Shown in pieces: positions 1 through 7,254 of a stretch of 32,000 nt of DNA (positions are counted from its first letter, which is position 1; each line of letters begins with the position of its first letter). The notes under the pieces were generated by a model. It was not told the DNA's origin. It saw only the letters and a list, made by a program, of their open reading frames with translations, and did no database searches. This stretch comes from Cupriavidus necator (GTDB lineage: Bacteria; Pseudomonadota; Gammaproteobacteria; Burkholderiales; Burkholderiaceae). The stretch lies in assembly GCF_016127575.1 (NCBI RefSeq), contig NZ_CP066018.1, positions 2,100,001-2,132,000 of the forward strand, written 5' to 3'. Made by a program: the position numbers and the translations under genes.

Positions 1-141
1 TCCTCTGGCCTGAACTGATCGAACGGTCGACCTTGGACCAACGGAGATGGCTGCCTTGTGTGAACATCATGGGCGAAGCTTCCGCCCACCGGCGAAATCG
101 TCACGTCCAATCCATACGTTATCGCATCGCGAAACTGGTTC

Positions 142-519
142 CTAGCTTGAATGAACAGCATTCGCTCGACGGAGTAGCCCAGGTTGAAGGGGAACGCCTA
201 TGCGGGGGCCGTAGAGTTGCTTCTTGCGTTGGAACTGCTCGTAATTCATAAGTAAGAGCACCTGCTTGCGAAGGTCCTGCACAGCAACGCTTCGCAACGC
301 GCTGTTCTTCGATTCTTTCCCCTCCTTAATCTTCATCCACTCGTCACACGCACCCAAGAGGGTGCCAAGATGCTGCATACGCCCATCTGCTGTCGGCGGT
401 GGATTGGTCACCCATGTCTCCAGCAGAAAGTCGATTTGCAGTAGCTTCTTCCTGCCTCGAAAGCCAGAAAGCGCAGTCTTACTCTTAAATGCCTCCAGAC
501 TGATCAGGGTGGGTTTCAT
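142..519 (-). CDS. hypothetical protein, no family recognised; 3' end probably disrupted by a frameshift
   Basis: 125-aa ORF in the low-GC left region. After a CCCC run (plus-strand GGGG at 189-192), a second minus-strand frame stays open from 197 to the window edge (FNLGYSVERMLFIQARNQFRDAITYGLDVTISPVGG...). The listed C-terminal tail (GVPLQPGLLRRANAVHSS) looks non-protein-like. Confidence 0.4.
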   Translation of the reverse strand: MKPTLISLEAFKSKTALSGFRGRKKLLQIDFLLETWVTNPPPTADGRMQHLGTLLGACDEWMKIKEGKESKNSALRSVAVQDLRKQVLLLMNYEQFQRKKQLYGPRIGVPLQPGLLRRANAVHSS

Positions 520-662
520 GTGGTGCCTCCTGTAGACTGGAATGATGAGCAGTGCTAGCGCCGGCTTTCGCGCAGCGCTATTGGCTCAGCAAAGGTAGTC
601 CATCATGAGTCCGCGCCAGGCCCTGTGCAATACCTGGAAACTGGTAGTAGTGAATGTACCCA

Positions 663-1064
663 TTACCAGTGAGAGGACCGCAAGGCCGGGGAACAGGAGT
701 CCGATGGCAACAAAAAAAGGTTCTTCGAAGAATTCCGGGGAACGCTGCGCGGATTTTGAGGAAGAAGGCCAACTTGTGCGGCGCTATGCCGCTCAGGAAG
801 CGGACGCGTAACCCGTCGGTCCGTCGCGAGAAACACCGCTACAAACAGGCAGACACCAATGGCGTAGGAGAGAGACGCCCGCAGCCGTTTGCCCGGCCGG
901 CGCAGAAAGACAAAAAGCAAAAGCAACAGACCGATGAGCGCCAATACAGCTGCGCAGAAAACGGTGGTGCCAGCTATCGCAGCTAATGGGCCGGTTGTGG
1001 CTCGTGCGAGTGTAACGGGCGTCCGAGCGGCAATCACCGCGAACGTTATACCCAGCAAGGTCAT
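663..1064 (-). CDS. small hypothetical membrane protein (about 3 predicted TM segments)
   Basis: The N-terminal ~90 aa contain three long hydrophobic stretches (LLGITFAVIAA, AAIAGTTVFCAAVLALIGLLLLLFVFL, LSYAIGVCLFVAVFLA). The C-terminal tail is low-quality sequence, so the true stop and frame are uncertain. Confidence 0.35.
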   Translation of the reverse strand: MTLLGITFAVIAARTPVTLARATTGPLAAIAGTTVFCAAVLALIGLLLLLFVFLRRPGKRLRASLSYAIGVCLFVAVFLATDRRVTRPLPERHSAAQVGLLPQNPRSVPRNSSKNLFLLPSDSCSPALRSSHW

Positions 1065-1275
1065 GGCCGCGGCACATAGAATCCACTAGGCGAACCACCT
1101 TGCTTGCGTTGCGGTTCATCTACCTAAGCCCGTCTATCCCCGTCGTCAAATCGCGCTAGATGGGGGAGGGCACGCAGGAAAAAATGGTTGATGCTGTGCT
1201 ATCCCACGGTACCCCGTCCGGCGCGACCGTTGGATGGAGCCCAAACTCCGTCATGGTGCTACCGCAATTCGTGCG

Positions 1276-1686
1276 TCACGCCGCAGCCACTGAGAACATG
1301 ACTCGAATCACTCTGGTGTCCAAGGCATAGCAGGCAACGGAGGCCACCACGGCTATGCCGGCTACCATCAGCAATGAGCGACGCTGGTCGGGGATGGTCC
1401 AGAGCAAGTATCCCAACGCCCCAAGCCATACCAGCACAAGGATCAGGTCAGCCAGAAGTACCGCAGCTGACACAACGCCCGCATAGCCAACGAACATATC
1501 GTCCCGTGTTGGCGCAGCAACTATGTGAAAGAGGCTTAGCCCGATAGGCGAAGCAGGCAGCAATACGGAAGGCAGCAGGAATAACCAACGCAGAACCATC
1601 ACCTCACACCCCTCCGCTACGATTCGAGCGGCCAACGCCTGCAGCCCATAGATCCCCAAGGGTGAGCCACCGTGCTTGGCCTGCAT
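1276..1686 (-). CDS. small hypothetical polytopic membrane protein
   Basis: ORF with 3-4 hydrophobic helices (LFLLPSVLLPASPIGLSLFHIVAA, GVVSAAVLLADLILVLVWLGALGYLLW, LLMVAGIAVVASVACYAL). The real start may be the internal Met at 1599 (MVLRWLF...). Divergent from the PAAR gene. Confidence 0.5.
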   Translation of the reverse strand: MQAKHGGSPLGIYGLQALAARIVAEGCEVMVLRWLFLLPSVLLPASPIGLSLFHIVAAPTRDDMFVGYAGVVSAAVLLADLILVLVWLGALGYLLWTIPDQRRSLLMVAGIAVVASVACYALDTRVIRVMFSVAAA

Positions 1687-1887
1687 TTCATCCAGATAAA
1701 TCCATCGGCAAAATGATACTGCGCCATTGTCTCCCAGCGCCTGGGGAAAAATCCTGAAAACCAGGGCGATATTTCGCTAACATCTGATTTGAATAATTCA
1801 ATCCGCATTTTTAGGGAAAGACTTATAGATCGAATGACTACCTTCGTTTAGATTCCTCGATTCAAGCTATTTGCTGGGGGACATCCT

Positions 1888-2415
1888 GTGATGAGAAAAG
1901 GCATCATTCGGCAGGGCGACACGACCACGCACGGCGGCGAGGTGTTAGAAGGTATACCGAATTTTAGGATCCACGGCGTACCTGTCGCCGCGGTAGGGCA
2001 TATGGTTTCGTGTCCACAGTGCAAAGGTGCGTTCCCGATCATTGAAGGTGATACGTCTTTTACCGCCTATGGCAAGTCGATCGCACTGCATGGCATGCAT
2101 ACCGCCTGCGGGGCGCAGTTGATTTCGTCAACCAGTGGCTTTGCAAACGTTGAGCACCCGCGCGGGGGAACGGGCTTTGCAAGCGCGGAAGGCGGGATGG
2201 CGCATATCGCAGGTGCATGGGGCAAGAACGACGCGTATGACGACCTGTACGTGCTCCAGGACAGTTCGACCGGAACGCCATTGCCGAATACCGAATATGC
2301 GGTCGTGCGTGAAGGCGCCAGTCCTGAGTTTGGCAAGACCGATGGCCAGGGAAGAACCCATCTGCTGACTTCCACTATGCACGCAGCGGAAGTGACCATT
2401 TACGTAGAGGGGTGA
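1888..2415 (+). CDS. PAAR domain protein (T6SS spike-tip protein) with a ~90-aa C-terminal extension
   Basis: The N-terminal ~85 aa match the classic PAAR pattern: RQGDTTTHGGEVLEG...HGVPVAAVGHMVSCPQC...EGD...YGKSIALHGMHTACGAQLISS. ATG at 1891 follows GTG at 1888, with a GGGGGA Shine-Dalgarno-like run upstream. The extension YVLQDSSTGTPLPNTEYAVVREG...GKTDGQGRTHL...VTIYVEG looks like a small beta-sandwich (TTR/carboxypeptidase-regulatory-like) module. Confidence 0.85.
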   Translation: MMRKGIIRQGDTTTHGGEVLEGIPNFRIHGVPVAAVGHMVSCPQCKGAFPIIEGDTSFTAYGKSIALHGMHTACGAQLISSTSGFANVEHPRGGTGFASAEGGMAHIAGAWGKNDAYDDLYVLQDSSTGTPLPNTEYAVVREGASPEFGKTDGQGRTHLLTSTMHAAEVTIYVEG

Positions 2416-2419
2416 TTGA

Positions 2420-2983
2420 ATGTCGAGCGCGCTTGTTTCCCCATCTGGCAAGACTTTGATTCCTGTCGCCAGGCGCACGACAACGCCAACGCCAGCGAAT
2501 GCACCTAAACCGGTTCCCGTGGAGCGGGAATATTTGGAAGTGCTCATCTTCGATAAGCTACCTCGTCCGGCCTCGGCATTCGGTCATGCTGCAATTGGGA
2601 TTGATGGGACCGTCTATAGCCGCGCACATGAAAAGTACTTCAAGGGCTCGCTTACGGAATACCTGAGAAGCAATACGCAAGGGGTGAAGCGCGATGTTGT
2701 TGGTCTGTACCTATGGGTGTCGCCACGCGAAAGGAGGATCGTTCAGGACGAATTAGAGAGACGAGTGGTCGAAGACGAGAAGTACAGCGTGTTCAGTAAT
2801 TCGTGTAGCTCCAACGTCGCGGACGTTCTCGAGTTGGTCGGTATCATGGCGCACGATCCACGCTACTTCCCGACGCCGGTATCCCCGGCCGATCTGTTGG
2901 CGGTGCTATCGAAATCTAACCGGCTTGTTGAACGCCGATTCTATGGAAAGGGTTACGAAGGTGGCGCCTCCGGCAATTGGTAG
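2420..2983 (+). CDS. putative T6SS effector; permuted papain-like (NlpC/P60-LRAT-YaeF-PPPDE type, His before Cys) hydrolase candidate
   Basis: Starts 4 nt after the PAAR stop, behind GAGGGG. A Pro/Thr-rich N-terminal linker is followed by FGHAAIGIDGTVYS (His56, nt 2585-2587) and YSVFSNSCSSNVADVLELVG (Cys129, nt 2804-2806). This resembles the H...NC motif order of circularly permuted papain-fold enzymes. The function is inferred, not proven. Confidence 0.55.
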   Translation: MSSALVSPSGKTLIPVARRTTTPTPANAPKPVPVEREYLEVLIFDKLPRPASAFGHAAIGIDGTVYSRAHEKYFKGSLTEYLRSNTQGVKRDVVGLYLWVSPRERRIVQDELERRVVEDEKYSVFSNSCSSNVADVLELVGIMAHDPRYFPTPVSPADLLAVLSKSNRLVERRFYGKGYEGGASGNW

Positions 2984-3293
2984 GAAATCAGTCGTTGCTC
3001 TAGGTGTGTCGGGGTTGGCGTTCGCGCTGCTTTACGCATGGTGGAGCGGTTGTAGTATCGACCTGCTAGGGCGAACCACCGTCGCACCCGTACCCCTGCA
3101 CGAAGAGCCGCTAGACGTGTTCAAACGGCAAGGGCCTTTCAGCGGTACCGTTCCATCAGGCACCTTCTGCAGGTTGATTCAAGTTGAAACAAAGGGCTTG
3201 GTTTCGTTTCGGGTCAGGTGCGGGAGCCTTGAGGGATGGACGGACGAAGCCCAATCTTTCGACCCGCCGCTAGGCGTTGGTCTGTTCGGTTGA
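2943..3293 (+). CDS. putative cognate immunity protein (N-terminal hydrophobic or signal segment)
   Basis: ORF immediately after, or overlapping, the effector candidate. Possible starts are TTG 2925, ATG 2943 and GTG 3006. The hydrophobic N-terminus VVALGVSGLAFALLYAWWSGCS is followed by a small soluble domain. Its position fits effector-immunity gene order. Confidence 0.4.
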   Translation: MERVTKVAPPAIGRKSVVALGVSGLAFALLYAWWSGCSIDLLGRTTVAPVPLHEEPLDVFKRQGPFSGTVPSGTFCRLIQVETKGLVSFRVRCGSLEGWTDEAQSFDPPLGVGLFG

Positions 3294-3329
3294 AAGAAGG
3301 CCCGGTCACCCTGATCTGGGCCTCAAAAG

Positions 3330-3867
3330 TTGGACATGCAACTCTTAGGGTGTCCCATGTACAGATACAGCGCGGCCAAGATCGCAGCCCGTGTGTTTAT
3401 CCCAGTGTCGCTGTTGGCTGCTGGACTCCTGGCTGCGTTCCTATACCCCTTTCATCTGTCGGACGAGAACACAGCAATCGATGTCATACACATGCAGTAT
3501 GCCTGCGGAGAGTGCCACGTACAGTATCGAGTGCTAAAGGCTGGCGGCGCGAATGGCCAGACACACGCCCGAACGTTCGGCAACGAGAGCGGTGCCCCCA
3601 TGCGGTTTTATCGGATGGGATGTCGTCGTACTGTACAAGGGGTCTGACCAACCGCTCCTCAAGTATCGGAATTCCAGCGCTGTGTCTGCCGAGGATTGCG
3701 CAAGTCCAGTGCTTCGCCTGAGGGGGCAATTCAAACGTAAGCTGATCTACACGTTTCTATATTCCGGAGACCGGTACGACGGCACATATTTTGATGCGCA
3801 AACCGCTTCCATTGCGCCGCAGGACCCCCATGGCTGTAAGGCGCCTGGCGGGGCATCGATTCGATAG
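3330..3867 (+). pseudogene. hypothetical membrane-anchored protein split over two frames (frameshift or two overlapping small ORFs); contains a CXXCH motif
   Basis: Frame 1 (3330..3647) has a TM anchor (VFIPVSLLAAGLLAAFLY) and YACGECHVQYRV, then degenerates. Frame 2 (open from about 3536 to 3867) becomes protein-like at GFIGWDVVVLYKGSDQPLLKY...LIYTFLYSGDRYDGTYFDAQ. A CCCCC run at 3594-3598 lies in the switch zone. Confidence 0.35.
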
Positions 3868-3976
3868 CCGTCCTTGCTCGCGAGGTTACGTGGGAAATCC
3901 ATAATTGTCTGCGTCGTTCAATAAGTGGAGAATCGCCATTGCCCCCGCCACGCCGCCCACCTAAGCGCCGACCACC

Positions 3977-4915
3977 GTGACGTCCACCGCCCCCCCACGC
4001 ACCCCCCGCCTGCACTTCGACCTCACCACCGTCCAGCTCTTCATCGCCGTATCCGACTTCGGCAGCATCACCCGCGGCGCCGAGCGCCTCCACCTGGCCC
4101 CCGCAGCCGCCTCCCGCCGCATCCTCGAACTGGAAGCCCAACTAGGCGTCTCCCTCTTCGAACGCCTGCCCCACGGCATGGCCCTGACCGAAGCCGGCCG
4201 CGCACTACTGGCCCACGCCCGCGGCATCACCCACACCGTCCAGCGCATGCAGGACGACGCTGCCTCCTTTGTCGGCGGCGACCTGGGCGTGGTCCGGGTA
4301 GCCGCGCCCAAATCCGCAGTCATCCAGTTCCTCCCCTTCGACATCCAACGCTGCGCCACGGCCTGCCCCGGCGTGCGCATCGACCTGCAGGAAATGAACA
4401 GCGCGGAAGTCCAGCAGTCGCTGCGCCGCGGCACCGTGGACATCGGCATTTACGACGGCAGCCTGGGCGTGATCGACCTGCCGACCGCGCCCTATCGGAA
4501 TGATGAACTGGTGCTGGTGGTGGCGCGCGGCCATGCGCTGGCGCGGCGCCGCAAGGTCACGCCGGACGACGTGCTGGACTGCGACCTGATCGTGCTCAGC
4601 GAGAGTTCGGCGATCTCGATCGTGCTGGAGCGGCTGGCGGAGGAGGCCGGCCGCGTGCTGCGCATGCGCATGCGCGTGGGCGGTTTCGACAGCATGGCTG
4701 CGCTGGTGGCGCAGAACCTGGGCGGCGGGGTGATGCCGGAGGCGATCGCGCGCGAGGTGGCGGCCGGCAGCCGCTTTGTGCGGCTGCCCATTGCGGCGCC
4801 CTGGGCGCAGCGGCAGTTTGTGCTGTGTCATCGGCCCCATGGGGCACTTTCCTCGGCGGCGCTCAGCGTGCTGGCGGTGCTTGCGCAAAACGCGAAACCA
4901 GAATCCCCCAATTAG
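3977..4915 (+). CDS. LysR family transcriptional regulator
   Basis: N-terminal wHTH LTTVQLFIAVSDFGSITRGAERLHLAPAAASRRILELEAQLGVSLFERLPHGMALTEAG, followed by an LTTR-like substrate-binding domain. High-GC codon usage. Confidence 0.9.
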   Translation: MTSTAPPRTPRLHFDLTTVQLFIAVSDFGSITRGAERLHLAPAAASRRILELEAQLGVSLFERLPHGMALTEAGRALLAHARGITHTVQRMQDDAASFVGGDLGVVRVAAPKSAVIQFLPFDIQRCATACPGVRIDLQEMNSAEVQQSLRRGTVDIGIYDGSLGVIDLPTAPYRNDELVLVVARGHALARRRKVTPDDVLDCDLIVLSESSAISIVLERLAEEAGRVLRMRMRVGGFDSMAALVAQNLGGGVMPEAIAREVAAGSRFVRLPIAAPWAQRQFVLCHRPHGALSSAALSVLAVLAQNAKPESPN

Positions 4916-4977
4916 CGATAGCCCGCGGCGGATGTATTGCGGATGATGGCTCCATAACTACAGGACGGAGACACGCA

Positions 4978-5943
4978 ATGCAGCGCAGACAATTCATTGT
5001 GGCGGCAGCGGCCGGGCTGGCGATACCCAGCCTGGTGCGCGCCGCCGACATCGCCGGCCCGGTGCGCATTGTGGTGGGCTTCGCCCCCGGCGGAGGCACC
5101 GATGTGCTGGCACGCGTGATCGGGCAGAAGCTCGGGGTCATGTGGAACACCAGCGTGCTGGTGGAGAACAAGCCCGGCGCTACCGGCGCCATCGCCGCCG
5201 CCTATGTGGCCAAGCAGCCGCCTGACGGCACCACCTTGCTGATGGCGCATGTGAACAGCCACGCGATCGCCCCGGCGCTGCTGGACGTCAAGTACGACCC
5301 GCGCACCGACTTCACGCCGATTTCAATGGTGGGCGTCACGCCCAATATGCTGACCTGCCGTCCGGAACAGAAGGTGCGCAGCGTTTCGGACATCGTGGCG
5401 CTGTGCCGGCAGAAGCCGGGGAAGATTTCCTTTGGCTCGTCCGGCATCGGTTCGGCGCAGCACCTGGCGCTGGAGATGTTCCGGTTGCAGGCCAGGCTCG
5501 ATGTGGTGCACGTGCCTTACAAGGGCTCGGGCCCGCTGGTCGCGGACCTGATCGGCGGCCAGATCGACTATGCGTTCGACACCATGACCGCCGCCACGCC
5601 GTTTATCCAGCAGGGCAAGGTGATCGCGATTGCGCAGACCCGCCTGAAGCGCGCGGCCAGCCATCCCAATGTGCCGACGCTGGCGGAGTCCGGCTTCCCC
5701 GGGCTGGACGCGGCGTCGTGGTATGGCCTGGTGGGCCCGAAGAACATGCCGCCGGCGCTGGTGCAGCGCATGAACGCGGACGTCAACCGCGTGCTGGCCA
5801 TGCCCGACGTCGCCGAGCGGCTCAAGAGCTTTGGCGCCGAGGACTCCGGCGGATCGAACCAGCAGTTCGCCGCCTTCATCGCCTCTGAGTCCACCAAGTG
5901 GGCCAAGGTCGTGAAAGACGCCGGCGTAAAGGCCGAGAGCTGA
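4978..5943 (+). CDS. Bug family (TctC-like) tripartite tricarboxylate transporter substrate-binding protein
   Basis: ATG at 4978 behind GGACGGAG. Tat-like signal MQRRQFIVAAAAGLAIPSLVRA. Bug hallmarks are present: VRIVVGFAPGGGTDVLAR, ENKPGATG, DGTTLL, HVPYKGSGP. The 5' extension in the ORF track (from 4825) is rejected. Confidence 0.9.
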   Translation: MQRRQFIVAAAAGLAIPSLVRAADIAGPVRIVVGFAPGGGTDVLARVIGQKLGVMWNTSVLVENKPGATGAIAAAYVAKQPPDGTTLLMAHVNSHAIAPALLDVKYDPRTDFTPISMVGVTPNMLTCRPEQKVRSVSDIVALCRQKPGKISFGSSGIGSAQHLALEMFRLQARLDVVHVPYKGSGPLVADLIGGQIDYAFDTMTAATPFIQQGKVIAIAQTRLKRAASHPNVPTLAESGFPGLDAASWYGLVGPKNMPPALVQRMNADVNRVLAMPDVAERLKSFGAEDSGGSNQQFAAFIASESTKWAKVVKDAGVKAES

Positions 5944-6018
5944 GCGCTGCAAGACGATGGCCGAGAACCGACGCACGCGCGCACGCTGCCCATCCATCTA
6001 TCCAGGAAGAAGCATCCC

Positions 6019-7254
6019 ATGACAGATTTCCGCGACTCGGGCGCACAGGCGCCTGCCTCCACCTTGCCGCTGGCCGGCGTGCGCGTGCTCGACGTCAGCC
6101 AGGTCATGGCCGGGCCCTACGCCTGCATGCTGCTGGCTGATCTGGGCGCCGACGTGATCAAGATCGAACCGCCCGATGGCGGCGACCAGACGCGCGGCGC
6201 GATGGGTTTCAAGATGAAGGGCTCGGACAGCATGGGCTTCCTCAACATGAACCGCAACAAGCGCAGCGTCACCCTGGATCTGAAGACCGAATCCGGCCGG
6301 CAGGTGCTTTATCGCCTGGCGGAAACGGCCGACATCCTGGTGGAGAACTACCGACCCGGCGTGATGAAGCGGCTGGGGATCGACTATGAGACCCTCGCCA
6401 GGATCAATCCCAAGCTGGTCTACTGCAGCATCTCGGGCTTTGGCCAGAGCGGGCCGTGGGCCGGGCGGCCGGGCTTTGACCTGATGGCGCAGGCGATGTC
6501 GGGCGTGATGAGCGTCACCGGCTACCCGGGCGGCGCGCCGGTGAAGGCGGGCGTACCGGTGGCCGACATCGGCTGCGCGCTGTTCGCCACCTACGGCATG
6601 CTGTCTGCCTATATCGGCGCCAGGGAGACGGGCAAGGGGCAGTATGTCGATGCATCGCTGTTCGACTCCGCGCTGGCGTTCTCGGTGTGGGACACCTGCG
6701 AATACTGGGGCACGGGCCGCGAGCCCGAGCCGCTGGGCACGGCCAACCGCATGAGCGCGCCTTACCAGGCGATGAAGTCCGCCGACGGCTACTTCGTCAT
6801 GGGGGCCACCAACCAGAAGCTGTGGCAACTGCTGTGCAACACGCTCGACCGGCCCGACCTGCTCGCGGACGAGCGCTTTGCCACCGTGGCGCTGCGCCTG
6901 GCCAACCGGCAGGCACTGATCGCGATGCTGGAGGAGAGCTTCGTCAAGGAGAGCAGCGACTACTGGATCGAGCGCCTGCTCGGCGTCGGCATTCCGGCCG
7001 GGCCGATCCTGACCTACCCGCAGGCCTTCGACAGCGAGCACGGCCGCCACCGCCAGATGCGCATCGAAATCGATCATCCGATCGAGGGCAAGGTGCCCAA
7101 TATCGGCTTCGCGGTGAAGATGGGCGGCACGCCCCAGCAGGTACGGCGCGCGCCGCCGCTGCTCGGCCAGCATACGGAAGAAATCCTGGCCGAGCTGGGT
7201 ATCCCGAAGGACGAACAACAGTCGCTGGCTGTAGCCGGCGCATTCGGATCATGA
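6019..7254 (+). CDS. CaiB/BaiF family III CoA-transferase
   Basis: PLAGVRVLDVSQVMAGPYACMLLADLGADVIKIEPP..GD, NRNKRS, ENYRPGVMKRLG, DLMAQAMSG and ADGYFVMGA.NQKLW are typical family III CoA-transferase motifs. Confidence 0.9.
   Translation: MTDFRDSGAQAPASTLPLAGVRVLDVSQVMAGPYACMLLADLGADVIKIEPPDGGDQTRGAMGFKMKGSDSMGFLNMNRNKRSVTLDLKTESGRQVLYRLAETADILVENYRPGVMKRLGIDYETLARINPKLVYCSISGFGQSGPWAGRPGFDLMAQAMSGVMSVTGYPGGAPVKAGVPVADIGCALFATYGMLSAYIGARETGKGQYVDASLFDSALAFSVWDTCEYWGTGREPEPLGTANRMSAPYQAMKSADGYFVMGATNQKLWQLLCNTLDRPDLLADERFATVALRLANRQALIAMLEESFVKESSDYWIERLLGVGIPAGPILTYPQAFDSEHGRHRQMRIEIDHPIEGKVPNIGFAVKMGGTPQQVRRAPPLLGQHTEEILAELGIPKDEQQSLAVAGAFGS

Noticed and set aside
3731-4503. Pro/Arg/Gly-rich ORFs (3731..4141 minus, 3925..4503 plus, 3961..4449 minus) around the first LysR gene
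   Set aside because: They are low-complexity translations caused by C-rich and G-rich runs. They overlap a well-supported LysR frame.
5998-7218. 406-aa minus-strand ORF antisense to the CoA-transferase gene
   Set aside because: The sequence is Arg/Ala/His/Gly-rich with no family resemblance. It overlaps a gene with clear motifs. This is the typical shadow ORF of high-GC DNA.
6687-7250. 5' extension of the enoyl-CoA hydratase ORF (track start 6687), and similar extensions at 4825..4977, 8212..8379, 8860..8973, 18326..18400, 19014..19211 and 26503..26529
   Set aside because: The extensions overlap upstream genes or give low-complexity sequence. Internal ATGs with good Shine-Dalgarno sequences and signal peptides or conserved N-termini were chosen instead.
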